Origin: Gekko japonicus | Taxonomy: Eukaryota | Assembly (NCBI RefSeq): GCF_001447785.1 | Contig: NW_015170311.1 | Span: 380,400 to 444,399 of the forward strand | Direction of reading: 5' to 3' | DNA: 64,000 nt | Part shown: one piece after another, positions 34,996 to 47,502 of the stretch | Layout of the letters: each line of letters opens with the position of its first letter | Numbering within the stretch: position 1 is the stretch's first letter | The notes under the pieces: model-generated | What the model was told of the DNA's origin: nothing | The model's input: only the letters and a program-made list of their open reading frames with translations | Database searches by the model: none | Made by a program: the position numbers and the translations under genes

Positions 34996-35632
34996 TCTTC
35001 GTGGCCTGACTTGAGGGCTGCTGGGAGCAGGGGGCAGGGCTTGGTCATGTGCCTGTCCCCCCCGGCTCCTCATTCCCGGAGCGCTGCTCCTGTGCACTCC
35101 CACTCGAACCGACCACTGCTACCAAGCATCTTAGGAAGCTGGATTCCCTCCCCTCTAAGCTACTTGCTTGAGGAAGCTAAGCAATCCCAGTAAATTTTAG
35201 CTTCACTATTTAAAATTTAAGTTCAATAACACTTACCAGGAACTAGCTTGATTTTCTAGCAAGATTAGTTAAATTCACTTACTGGATATTATCATGAACA
35301 AAGGATAATTTATAGAATGCAATCACATTTTAGGTTTCTTAAGACTGGCTTGAAAATGCCTGTAGCTTAACAGACATGCAGCAAGTCAACCATTTGAAGA
35401 AATTCAATCTCACACCTTTAAATCTAAATAAGAGCTATATAAAATTGACAAATTATGCAGGCTTTGTCCAATACATGTATCTGCAAGTTTCTACTTGTTA
35501 TTAAAACCACATGTAAATACAACATTTGGAATTACATAGCAGGATCTCTTCCCATGGCAAAGTAAAAAAAAAATTAAATGGGTTTAAATAGCTCTTTTAC
35601 ATCTTACCAAAGGCAATATAAAAGCTCAAGAG

Positions 35633-35993
35633 CAGCAGTTCTTAACCTGGAGTCCATGGATGGGCTTCAGGGGGTCTGTGAACCTGGCACAAAATTATTT
35701 TTTTCTCTGATTTCCTTCCTGTTACTTTGAAAAATTGTCTTTGTTAAAATTACTCTTAATTATGTTTTTCAAGTAATGTCGCAAAGAGTCAGACTCGACT
35801 GTGCAACTGAACAACAACAAAAAAGTAATGTTTCACTCCAAACAAATGTAAGAGGGCATGGGATACTATTGCACATGTTCAGGTAATGTAAAATCATCAT
35901 CGCCTTGCTATGGTATTTTTTCTGGAGTGGTGGTCCATAGCTTTCATCAGATTCTTAAAGAGGTCCGTGACACCAAAGCATTAAGAACCACTG
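35633..35993. mobile_element. hAT-Charlie-type non-autonomous element
   Basis: TIRs CAGCAGTTCTTAA and TTAAGAACCACTG. TSD CTCAAGAG / CTCTAGAG fits the Charlie-type NTCTAGAN target. Confidence 0.8.
35780..35822 (+). mobile_element. BovB 3' tail only (43 bp)
   Basis: CGCAAAGAGTCAGACTCGACTGTGCAACTGAACAACAACAAAA matches the tail at about 23466-23506. TSD AAGTAATGT. Confidence 0.85.
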
Positions 35994-36365
35994 CTCTAGA
36001 GAATTGCAAGAAATCGTACTGAAGCACTGTTCTGTCTTCAACAGATAAACATTGTTGCTATATTGGTACTATCACTACAGTGTCATTTGATATACATGGC
36101 ACTTTAAAGATGAACATAAGCAAAAAAAAAGAGGTTAAGTCTTTGCTCCATGGAGATTGCTTCCTAGAGAATGTGGGATTTTATGAGATAGTTAAAGGAA
36201 GCTAGAGAAGCAGCAGCATTGGGCACAGAGGGAGTTCCAAGCAAAAAAGGCAGCAAAGCAGAAAAGGCAAAGTCCTGTAAACCAAGAGCAAAGTATACAG
36301 GCAACTTGGGATAACGGACTTGAGAAGAACAAGAGTCATGTAACACAAAAAAGGAGGCCTGAGAC

Positions 36366-36784
36366 CAGGGATGTCAAACATAAGGCCTGGGGGCCGGAAC
36401 CAGCCCACCCAGGGCTGTTATGCGGCCCGTGAGCAACTGATGCAAAGGAGGGAGTGCCGGGGGAGTGGGCAGAGCCACTCCAATTGTGGCTTCAGCATGA
36501 CAAAACAACCTCATCTGCAGTAACTGAGCACTGTGGGAGCATTTGCCCAGCACTGCACAGCTTGCCTCTCCAGTCTGACTATGTTAGTTTTCCTCTGGAA
36601 TCCCCTCCCAGCCCATGGGGACTTGCAGTGAGGATACACTAACTCAGAGCTTACCGCTGCTGTCGTTTATACAGTTTGTATCTCCAGTACCTGGCATTAC
36701 GTTTTATGGCACACATGGCCCGACCTGACAAAGTGACATTTATGTCAGATCTGGCCCTCATAACAAATGAGTTTGACACCTCTG
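36366..36784. mobile_element. hAT-type MITE
   Basis: TIRs CAGGGATGTCAAAC and GTTTGACACCTCTG, with GGCCC subterminal motifs. TSD not clear. Confidence 0.7.
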
Positions 36785-39700
36785 ACTTAAAGACTAACAG
36801 TTTTACTGAAAAAAGCAGACCAATGTGGATACCCCACAAGGAAAAATAAAGGGTTATTGCTTATCCTGGTATTACATCTCAAACTAATAGGATCTCCTTA
36901 ATGTCACTGTGGCCCAGATTGGTTCATAGCTTTAATTGAAAAGAGGGGAAATGCTGCATTTGTACACTCTACTTAAGCATCCAAGAATATTCCCCTTGAA
37001 CTCATGCATTTTAAGCATATAGCAATGAAAATCAGATAATACACAAATCTACTGAACAAAATTTGCTACTGAATTCCACTCAGTGAGTATTAAAATGTGA
37101 CAAAATTTCCCCACTTTTTGGTACTAAGCTTTAAAAACAAGATGCACAGCATAAAGGTGGGATGTGTAAGGGTGGGATGGGAAAATATTAAGATTTTGAA
37201 TGAACTTTCAAATAATATATTTTCTGATAAGATTTATAATATCTGGGCCATAGCCAAGGGTCTGCAATAAAACTTTCTATTGTGCCAACATAAACTGTTT
37301 CTCTGTTCACAATAAATATGGCTCAGAGCAAAGGAAGCAATTTAAAAACAAAAGTAGTGTTTGTTAGGGTCACAAATCTGTTTCATATTGCACGAAGACT
37401 AGACTACAAGGGATACAATAAAGTTTATTGCAACCTTTCTAAATTTCTACCTATGGTATTCCTCTGATTTTAAACCAATCAAGAAACTGGAGATGTTAAA
37501 TGAACATTAGCTTACTTAAGTGCAATTTCAAATGGTGTTCATCTGCAAATGAGCCTGAAGACGTTCAGAATGTTGCCTTTTTAATGATCACTTAAGGATC
37601 AGAAGCTTTATTTGATTTTCTTAAGTCCCTTGTGGACCTCAGGAAGGGTTTTTCCCCCCTGTTCAAGACCTTATATAAACCAATAAAAGACAGTAAATGC
37701 TTGCTCCAGGATAGAAACGGGGTATATTTATATACAGAGAGGATTGCCTTCCTTGATATATGTAAGGCTTATTTAATTTCTTCAGTTGTTTTAGAGAAAG
37801 CTATAACCAACCTACTTTAACCTTAATGGAAGATTCATTTAAGAAGGATGATCATTATCACGTATCATTGGTTACAGCCAAAATTAAGATTGATGCAGGA
37901 CTTCCATTATAAACCCTTGCTTTCCAGAAGAGCCACCACTCATCTGAAGATAATTCTATTCAAAATTATAATCTAGCAAACAGAATTCCCACAGAGAGTG
38001 AGCTTTCAGGGTTTTAAGTGAAGGACATAAGGTCAAGGGAAACTTAAAACTTCCCCCAAAACTAAATAAATCCTGATTAAGCACATTACATAATTTTGCA
38101 ATTGTATTATTTGCTTTATTTTCTTAAAAGAAAAAAGGGGGATATTTATTTGCAAGGCAGGGGGTTAAGCAGCTGAATACGGGGCACAGAGATTAGAGCT
38201 ACCCAGCCAACAAAGTCTGGGTCAAAAAATAACAGCCACCTCAAAAAAGTAAACTATACTTGAATTATGGAATATACAGAAATATACTTAGGTATGATAT
38301 ACCAATAATTGATACTCTCAAGGAGCACAAGGCTAGTGCTGCCAATACTATGCATGCTTTCTTGGGATCATCAGATACCCATTTCCCACCAAAATTTTAT
38401 TTTTTAGATACCGAGACCATGTCAGATAGATACACTGAAATTCCTACAATTCAACAACATTGAAGAGTACCTGAGGATACATGATCTGAACAAAACTGTT
38501 GCATTTTAAAGTATCCATATTATTAGAGCTTCTAAGTATTTATAGAAGACAGAAAAAGTGTTAGGCAGAGTGCTGGAGAGCAGCTTGTTATGTATGTCTA
38601 ATTTATGCCAGAGTACTACGGTATAATTTTTAATATATACACCACATACATGTGTTTTAACCTAAAAGACTTATCCCTGAGCATGATGAATAAAAGGCCA
38701 CAATACTCATCACATTTGGATCTTCTCCAAAATTTTGTTGCATAGTACAGGAATTAATTTTTAGGAGCTATGTTTATTCTGGCTCGAGAGATAAACTTCT
38801 CAATAAAACCCAATGAATTTAAGGCAGCCAAAAAGACTGGAACAACAAAGACAAAGAAGGTGTGAACTTCCTCTCCATGTTTTATAGGGTGTTAACCATT
38901 ACAAGTTACCATTGACCATTTTCAGCAGATACGCAAAATTCAGTTCTCTTACTAGTAGCTGGAGAAAGTCTCTCTCCCCCCACCCTCACCTGACCTACAC
39001 AAATACTGACAATATTCCCCTCCAGCTGCAGGGAAAGATCCTGAGTAATCAAAAAACACCTATCATGCATTGGGACAGAGACAGATGGAGTGTAGGAAGT
39101 GATTTATCGAATCAGAAGAGAAGAACTGAATACACACCCCAGCACAATGATATGAGAATACATTTTCATTCTGCACCCACTATGGGAGATACTTATAATA
39201 TACTCTTCCACTAGAACAAAATACAAACTAGTACTAACAGAAGCTATAATATTGGTGATATATCACTAATATTGTAAGAAGGATTATAACAATCCAGACA
39301 CAAATCACACAGAAAACGATTAGGAAAGGCTTTTTGATATAGGATAACTGTAGTCACCAGTATGTGACAGCAGGCTTTGATTTAAAATAGGCAATGGCCA
39401 CTGTATTTGCACAACACATGTTTGTGGATTGAGTTGCAGTTTGTCCCATCCGTACATTAGAGAATCTACCAGCTAGCTGACAGACTACTAGGATGGCATC
39501 ATACAAAAAGCCATTTAGTCATGTGAATAAAATCTAATCAAAAAAGGAAAAAATGCTAAAAAAATGCCACTGATTTTTTGATTGGCAAATGTATAGATGG
39601 CAGAAAGTGTTATGAAGTCAAAGACCAAAACCATAAGCTAAAAATTTACCAAGTGGTACCATTTGTGCACATAAATAGAACCTAGATACACACTTCTACA

Positions 39701-40874
39701 CCAAGCATCAATGATCCACTAAGATATATTGTTCTGGATCCAAATATCCCACATGTACATAGTAGCAACATGTATAAATGCAACTTAGTACTTTTGCCAC
39801 AAAAATGTCTGCTGCTAAAGAGAAAAAAGGCCTTCATCTTTAAGAACAACTTAACTCCCAAACTGGGAAATGCTGCTAGAAATAAAACGGTTCTACATGT
39901 GATTCTCCCTCTTCCCCCGACCCTCAAAGAAGCATATCATATCTTTGCATTCTAACAGTGGTCTCCTTAACTGTACCTGTCCTATCCACTGGGACCAACA
40001 TGGCAACAACTGCACATACCAAATTTATAAATGTCACTGATATTCTTTTTTTCTTATCATACGGTTCTCTACTGTCCTCAATGATTATGGTACATAATTT
40101 AAATCAATTTAAATATAAATTACTTTGCTGTAATGCTATATTTCTAAATTGACAAGGATATGAAATGCAACGCAATTTCCTATCACTGTTGCACAAATGG
40201 TCATTAACTTTCTTTTGACCTGAGGTGCAAAACTATTATTGAATTTGCAAAGAATTGTACTCATTATGCTGGTTTAGTTTCCAGACAGAAAACAAATCTC
40301 CAAGGATCAGTTTCTCAGATGTTAAACACAAAACAAGATTCTACCTCTACCCCCCCCCCCAAAACACAAAGGAGTAGCGGAATGATTGGTAGATTACAGT
40401 TACAGAGAGATTTTAAGGAAGTCATCTAAGCATTAAAAAAGGTCTGTAATTAAAATTTTAAATTTAGAGTGTGGGCTGTATGACACTTTATTATAAAGTA
40501 GAGTTCATTACTTTTCATGGCCACTGCAACAGCTAATTGACCACAAGAGAGATAAACCACAAAATTAAATGTCAGAAAACAGACATGTGCGTATTAATAA
40601 CCAGGATTAAAGTATTATGTTTACTAAATTATGTTCAAGAACGCATCCCAATCATTACTAATTATTTTTATCTGAATTTAGTTCACTGACTGCCACTGGT
40701 TAGCACAATTTCGAGGGCTGCAAAATAGAAATAAAACAATAGAAATATTGTTTTAAAATGCCTGATGCCCAATGAAGCCAGCTGTGTTTCATCAGGCACT
40801 TTATCCTTTTCATCAGACTTCCCACCCCACCCCCTTTTTCCTCTTCAGTCAAAACTAGTATTTGCCATTCCGGC

Positions 40875-41298
40875 TAGGGTTGCCAAGCCTTACCAAAGTA
40901 ATAGCGAGGGAGTCCAGGGCCCTCTCCGGGAGTCTTTGCGTGAGCTCGAAGCGTGCATGCCGCAATGACATCATCACACTGGGCACGGAAGTGACATCAT
41001 CACGCTGGGCAAGGAAGTGAAGGCATCACGCTGGGTGATGCTCTGGTAATTGCCCTAAAAACTCTATGGTACCATAGAGTTTTTAGGGCAATTACCAGAG
41101 CATCACCCAGCGTGATGCCTTCACTTCCTTGCCCAGCGTGATGATGTCACTTCCAGGTGACATCATCGTGCCGGGCATGTTGGCCTGATTTGGCCACTTT
41201 GAGGGTGGGGTTCCCCCCCCACACCGGAACTGGACCGGCGGATTGGGGGCCCTTTTAGCAGGGGGATCCCCACCCGCCGGTGGGACTTAGCAGCCTTA
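40875..41298. mobile_element. hAT-type MITE containing a perfect 168-bp palindrome
   Basis: TIR TAGGGTTGCCA and degenerate TAGCAGCCTTA. TSD ATTCCGGC / ATTCCTGC. Palindrome at 40987-41154. Confidence 0.85.
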
Positions 41299-41881
41299 AT
41301 TCCTGCCTCCACCTACCACTTGGAGCATAGAATAAAAAGAAGAATTTAGATGCAGGCATGGATCTAGTGTTTCAGAGCAGACAACGGAAAAAATACTGTG
41401 ATCTTGAGGTGACATTTCACAGTACTTCTGATGAGACTGCATGGCTGTGGTTCTACAGATTTCTTTGGGAGTGAGCCCCATTGAAATCCATGGAACTTAT
41501 TTCTCCATTGCCTAATTCAGAAAGCACATACCTGTTCTTTAGAACTACTGATTTTCTACATAGACAAACTGGAAACGAAACATGATGGAGTAGTCTGAAC
41601 ACCTATCTATGGCAAACTGTCTTGCTTTCAGTATTACTGCCTTTCCATAGGTCGAGCAATGTAGAAACGCCTTTAGGATGTACAATAAACAGCAAGAGAG
41701 TTCCAATGACACCATGGGTGGGATTCAAAAAGCACCTCAACTAGTTCAACATGCCCAAACAAGCTTTGCAACTGTAGTTCTTGGGCTATAGTACCTCATA
41801 CTATGTGCTCACATACAGATACAGCCTAGATCAAGGCCTGTTTCTGAAAGGGAAAAATATAAATTAAAACATTGCTGGGTG

Positions 41882-43234
41882 CTAAGGTTGCCAAATTGCA
41901 GGTGGAGCCTAGAGTTCTCCTGGAATTGCAACTGATCTCTGGACAGCAGAGATCAGTTTTCCTGGACAAAATGGCACCTTTGGAGGGTGGATTCTTGGCA
42001 TCACATCCCTGCTGAAAAAAACTGAACTCTGCCCCCAAATAGTAAGGATTTTCCCTACTGGGTGCTTGGAAGTACTTGGTTTGTCATACTGTAAACTTCA
42101 TCACAATTAGGGTTGCCCACTCTGGGTTGGGAAGGGTGAGGTTTGGGAAGGGGAGAAAGCTTAGCAGAAGTATGATGTCATACAGTCCACCCTTCAAACC
42201 TGCAATTTTCTCCAGGAGAATTAGGGTTGTCTGCTCGAGTTCCAGAAATTCCTGGAGATTTGGGGGAGGAGCTGGGATGGGGCCTGGAGACTGTGGGGTT
42301 TGGGGAGGGACCTCAGCAGCCTATAATGCTGTAGAGTCCATCCTCCCAAGCAGTAGTTTTCTCCAAGGAACAGATCTCTGTAGTCCAGAGATCAGTTGCA
42401 ATTCTGGGAGAACACAAGTCTCTACCTGGAGGTTGGCAACCCTAAAATTTACAGCACTATGTCTTGCATCCACCCAACATCTTGTTTTGCATTCTAATCT
42501 TTCTATAGTAGAATTTATTACCTCCATCCATGCATGCATGCTACTTTCCTTAAGTAATTAAGGCCATCTTGTGGTGAGTATGAAAGAATTTTATGGATAC
42601 ATACTTTAATTAACATATGATCCTTAAGAAATTTCAGTCAGCATAAAGCTAACTTTTATTTTACTTTATTTTAGTAGACCTTAGAGGATCAGTGTGCAAG
42701 TTTGTGAGTAATGATCCCAGTTCAAAAACCAGGCCAAGAACTGTTTCAAGGTAATGTAACAGCAGCATATATATTCCTACAGAAATAGGACTGCCAGCTC
42801 TGGGCTGAGAAATCCCTGGAGGTTCTGGGGGGGTAGTTTGAGGAGGACATAGGGTTGCCAAGCTCCAGGTAGCACCTGGAGATCACCTGCTATTACAATT
42901 CATCTCCAAACAATCAAGCTCAGTTCCCCTGGAGAAAATTGCTGCTTTGGAGGATGGACTCTGTGGCAGTATACCCTGCTAAGATCCCTCCTTTCCTCAA
43001 ACCCCAACCTCCCCAGTCCCCACCCCCAAAATCTCCAGGTATTTCCCAATCCAGACCTGGCAACCCTAGGAGGGCATGATTTGGGGAGGGAAGGTCTTTG
43101 TTCAATGGGGTATAATGTCATACAGTCCACCTTCCAAAGAGGTTGTTTTCTCCAGATGAACTGATCTCTGTCACCAAGAAATCAGTTGTAATCCCAAGAG
43201 ATTTCCAGGCCCCACCTGCAGTTTGGCAAATTTA
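41882..43234. mobile_element. Cluster of nested TAGGGTTGCCA-family MITEs
   Basis: Copies at about 41882-42060, 42108-42444 (two nested) and 42786-43234. The last has an inner copy at 42850-43068 with TSD GGAGGACA / GGAGGGCA. Confidence 0.8.
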
Positions 43235-43838
43235 GCATACAGCAATATTTTTATTTATATTTTTCCTTTTCAGAAACAAGTCTTGATCTAGGTTACACCA
43301 CATGCATAGAATGGTATCGTTGGAAATCCGTTATTGTTTTTTGTAAACCCAAAAGGTGTTTCTGCATTACTTGACCTATTAAAAGGAAGCCCTTATCTTC
43401 TTTTCTGTCTTAATAGAATGCATTCATAACCACTGCTTCTCAAGTCTTTTTGACAAGAACTTAATGCTAGTTTTCTTACCATCAGATGATGCTTCATTTT
43501 AATGGAAGCAGCATACAAATCCAATGCAATAGATGTTGACTTAAAATTATTCTGACTGTTCCTTTGAATATACTGCTGGGGTTTTTTTTGCACTATGAGT
43601 TTGTTAAATCACACCCAACAAATTTAAACAAGCACATTCCCATGCAATGGACCACAAACTCCAAAACAGTAACAATTACTGCAGAGTAATAGTGCTTTAT
43701 TCTCAGATTCAGATGCTTTCATGAAGCAAGCTCATAGTATCTGAGTGAGAAGGACATTCCATTTCACCAAGATGGGTATCTACATCTATGTTTTAGAACA
43801 CAGTTTTTGTTTAAACAACAAACTCATCTGGTTCTTTT

Positions 43839-43901
43839 NNNNNNNNNNNNNNNNNNNNNNNNNNNNNNNNNNNNNNNNNNNNNNNNNNNNNNNNNNNNNN
43901 N
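43839..43901. other. Assembly gap
   Basis: N run. Confidence 1.
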
Positions 43902-45652
43902 TTCCTTATGGTCTTCAAAACTGTTTCCAAAGTAATCTGTCTTTGAGTTGGCTTACATTGAATGCCAAACCACGGTCCACGGAGTGTATACATAGTATGA
44001 AGTGTTCATATTATACAATATACAAAATACATCAAAATAATTCCTGCATATACATAGGAAAATAGAGGTATATATTTTCAAGTATATGATTAACTACTTC
44101 CCCCTCCCAGTGATTTGAAGATTTCTAGAAATTTTACATCTCTACATGAGTGAGTTCACTTGGCCCCTCCTTCCTCTCTGCTCTCATGAACTGTGATTGC
44201 CTCCCTTACTTCCTGTTTAGACGCAAGCCACAGGTTAACATTACAGTATAACCTATATGCTATGGCTTGTGCTTACTCTCCAAACTAAAATGGAAAATCA
44301 CGGTGGGCAGCTCCAGTTTGAGAGGCAAGCACAAATCACAGTTTGGGAGGCAAGCACAAATCACAGTTTATCAGTCTGAATGCAACAACATACAATCATT
44401 TGTCCCTAAACAGCAACTGCAGTGCACTAGGGGAAGAACATCACATACATTAATATCTAAATCCTGCCCTATTAAAAACCCTCTATCAAAGCAAGATTCT
44501 GAACCCTATTATACTAGTTCCCATTATACAGTCTGCATTGATAAACTTTACTGCTGTTGTACTGCTTCCTGCCAGCTACAGTAATCAGCCAACCTAATTC
44601 ACTCTCTTTAAAATGATTAAAACCTTAATCTAATCTAAAATTTATAGTCATGATTGACCCAGCAATCACTTTACATTTATTATTTCTACAGGAAGTGTAC
44701 AGTAATGAAAACAGCAGAATTTAATAAAAACAAAGAAGCATACGCCATTTCATCTGGTCAAAGAGGCTTTACTGCAGGATGAACAGAATACTGAAAAATA
44801 TTGCATCTGTAAGACCTCATTATCTTGATAGCTCACGTTGCTATCATTTTACCTTTATGTTAGCAAGATGATGAAATGAATGTGTTTAAAATGCCATAGT
44901 CGAACACTGCTACAAAGCCAAGTTAGGATTCTATTAACAACAAATGGACCAATGCTCTAGTTTCTTTACCAACACTAGCTCAAGTAGTTTATTGGTGTTT
45001 ACTAAACTGCTACAACAGCTGTCTGATTTCCAAAATGTAACTGAAGAGGTGTACCTGCAGACCATCCAAACTAAACTACTTATATCCTACCATATGTATA
45101 TCTGTTTTCAAGTATTTGTTAAACTGAACATATATAATTAAGTTTTTGTGTGTTCAATTTGCTCTTGTATATATCTGCAAGCACTCTATGCAAATAACAG
45201 TACTACTTGCACCTAAGGGGGAGAGAGAAAGGAAAGTTATTAAAGACTCACCCCTTAATGTATTCTGCACCACCCACACACATGCATCCAATGCCCAAAC
45301 ACACCAAACCACCAGTGCAACACTCCAGAAAGGAATAGCAAGCAATCTTGGTGAGGTATCCCCCATGTATTTTAATAATGTATGTTTAGGAAAATATCTT
45401 TTTAAAAATGAAATAAACCATCTGGTACAATTGAAAGATAGGGAGAGTGTTAAAGTCAGAGAAGCCAAACATCTTTTCAAAAACATGACCGACACATTTG
45501 TAAGCTGAAACCAGCAACCTGTTATTCATCTGCTTGAAGAACAAAATGTCAGCAAGTATTCTTTGTTGCACTCCAGCAATTTTTCCAGTTTTAAACTAGT
45601 TGTCATTCAACACATTCTCAAACTGCAAAATAAAAAAGCTTACTATACTCAC

Positions 45653-45701
45653 CTGATTTTCTCGCCTTCATAGCAAGAACAGCAGCCAGTTCTCTCTGCA
45701 C
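45653..45701 (-). CDS. RAPGEF5: RAPGEF5 internal coding exon
   Basis: 49 nt, phase 0/1, TAG|..|GTGAGT. Encodes VQRELAAVLAMKARKS (human VQRELAAVIALKARKS). Confidence 0.93.
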
Positions 45702-47228
45702 CTAATATACCAAGAAAATAAAGCATTACAGTTGCCCTTATACTCAGGATTTACTATGCAAACTTCAAGAGGAAACCATCTGCTCTCTTTCTGAGGTTAC
45801 AAGAACCAGCACCATCTGCAATCTGGAACCCCAGATCACACAGTCATGTACTTGATATAAAAAAAATCTCAGTGACATTCTATCTTCACTTTTTAAAAAA
45901 TCCTGATGGTTCCAGCATAGTTATGATCAATGGCATAAAGGCCACTGGAAAATTTACTTAGACAAAAATGGACTAAAGCAGGATTTACTTAGACAAAAAT
46001 GGATGACCATATCATGTTGCATATTAAAATTTGTTCATAGGAGCATGTATTTATTTGACCACCACTATCATTTCTCCCCAGAAATGTTTTAAGTAGAGAT
46101 ACCAGTTATTAAAAACAATTTATATTCTGAGCAATTAGTTTTCTTATCAGATGTAACAAGTATGTACTTGATCAATTAATTCTTATTTACTTAATAAATT
46201 TCAGTCAAACTATTCTTCCACTGAAGAACTTGAGACAAACTACATGGGATGCCCAATGACTCTGTCTTCCAGGTTCTGACTAGACCCAACCTGCTGAGCT
46301 TTACCATGGCTGATGTATCATGCAGTAATGACATCACCACTCTCAGTACACAGTCACTAATGCTAGTCACATTTATTTTTCAGTTCTGTGAGTTATTATC
46401 CAAGTGTACCATTTGGGGGCTATTTTAAGAAGTGCTGACAAAGCATGGGATAAAATTCAGTAATTTAAAGTATTATTTTCCCCATCAAATCACAATCCAG
46501 AAGAAGAAATATTAAAGTGAGTGAAATTTTCTCTCTGTCTCGCTCACACACACACTTCTTTTAAAACCTGTTACTATACATCAAGAATGTATAGTGGAGT
46601 GTGAGAGCAAATCAGAGGCTGGGAGGAAAGAATGGAACAAAAAACTCAAGGAGGTGTTAGAGAGGTCTTCTGCAAGACGTGAGGAAGAACTCAACAAGAT
46701 TCATCAGATCTACCATAGTTCATCTGAGGAAACATGTAAAGAATTGGAACCTAAGGAGGGTTGAGTGAACAAAGGCAAGTTTTGTAAAGTAAAGTAAAGT
46801 AAAATGGCCCAGAGAATATAAAGATACAGAAGTATATAGCAACAGCCCGGCCTAATGTATCTATCAATGCTCTGTATCTAGGTTTGTGGTTCTTAAGAAA
46901 TACATGCCTCATTCTATAGGAAAATGAGAAACTGGGGAGGCGGGCAGCAATGAATTCTGCCAGACAATAGATTTGTGATATTATTTCCAAAATAGGAGAA
47001 GAGGAAGTGTTCTCATTTGCTCTCACCCACCCACCCCGTGCATAGTGTTACTAATTTTTGTATTGTTACTGCCATCTTATGAAACAATTTTGAGATGCTG
47101 TGACTTTTAATTCCCCCCCCCCAGTATGTATGTGAATTTTAAACTTATAAATAAGTTTTTAAAAATAATGTTAAAAGAATGCTTATAAATATACATTCCT
47201 TCTTTGTCTAAAATCGCTCACAAAACAG

Positions 47229-47432
47229 ATCCAGGTAGTCAGCTGTGCTGGTCTGAAGCAGTAGAACAAATTTAGAGTCCAGTGGCACCTTTAAGAACAA
47301 CAAAGGTTTGTTCAAGGTATGAGCTTTCGTGTGCATGCACACTTGAATATTTGAAAAACTGTACATGAATACGAATGCTCAGATCTTGAATAAACCTTTG
47401 TTGGTTTTCAAGGTGCCACTGGACTCTAAATT
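47229..47432. mobile_element. Penelope-like element remnant (inverted pLTR pair)
   Basis: Inverted arms at about 47269-47330 and 47371-47432 (GAGTCCAGTGGCACCTT...). Minus strand has GTGTGCATGCACAC-GAAAGCTC-ATAC, a hammerhead 3' half. Confidence 0.7.
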
Positions 47433-47502
47433 AGCTCAAAACAGGATAGCAATTCCCTTATTACATGACACTGGATCAACAGCCTTGTTTCCTCAGTAAA
47501 TA

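Larger units (their letters stand above)
32282..35118. mobile_element. Composite non-autonomous hAT-type element carrying internal cargo
   Basis: Left TIR CAGGGGTCATTTCG and degenerate right TIR CGAACCGACCACTG. Perfect 8-bp TSD CTACCAAG (32274-32281, 35119-35126). Both subterminal regions match the 47503 and 56181 MITEs. Confidence 0.75.

Noticed and set aside
33284-35193. Dense overlapping ORFs as a nested gene
   Set aside because: Explained by high GC content and a 208-bp duplication; no recognisable protein. Kept only as possible transposon cargo.
40965-41160. 26-bp repeats as a CRISPR-like array
   Set aside because: Eukaryotic context, no unique spacers, and the repeats are internal to a MITE.
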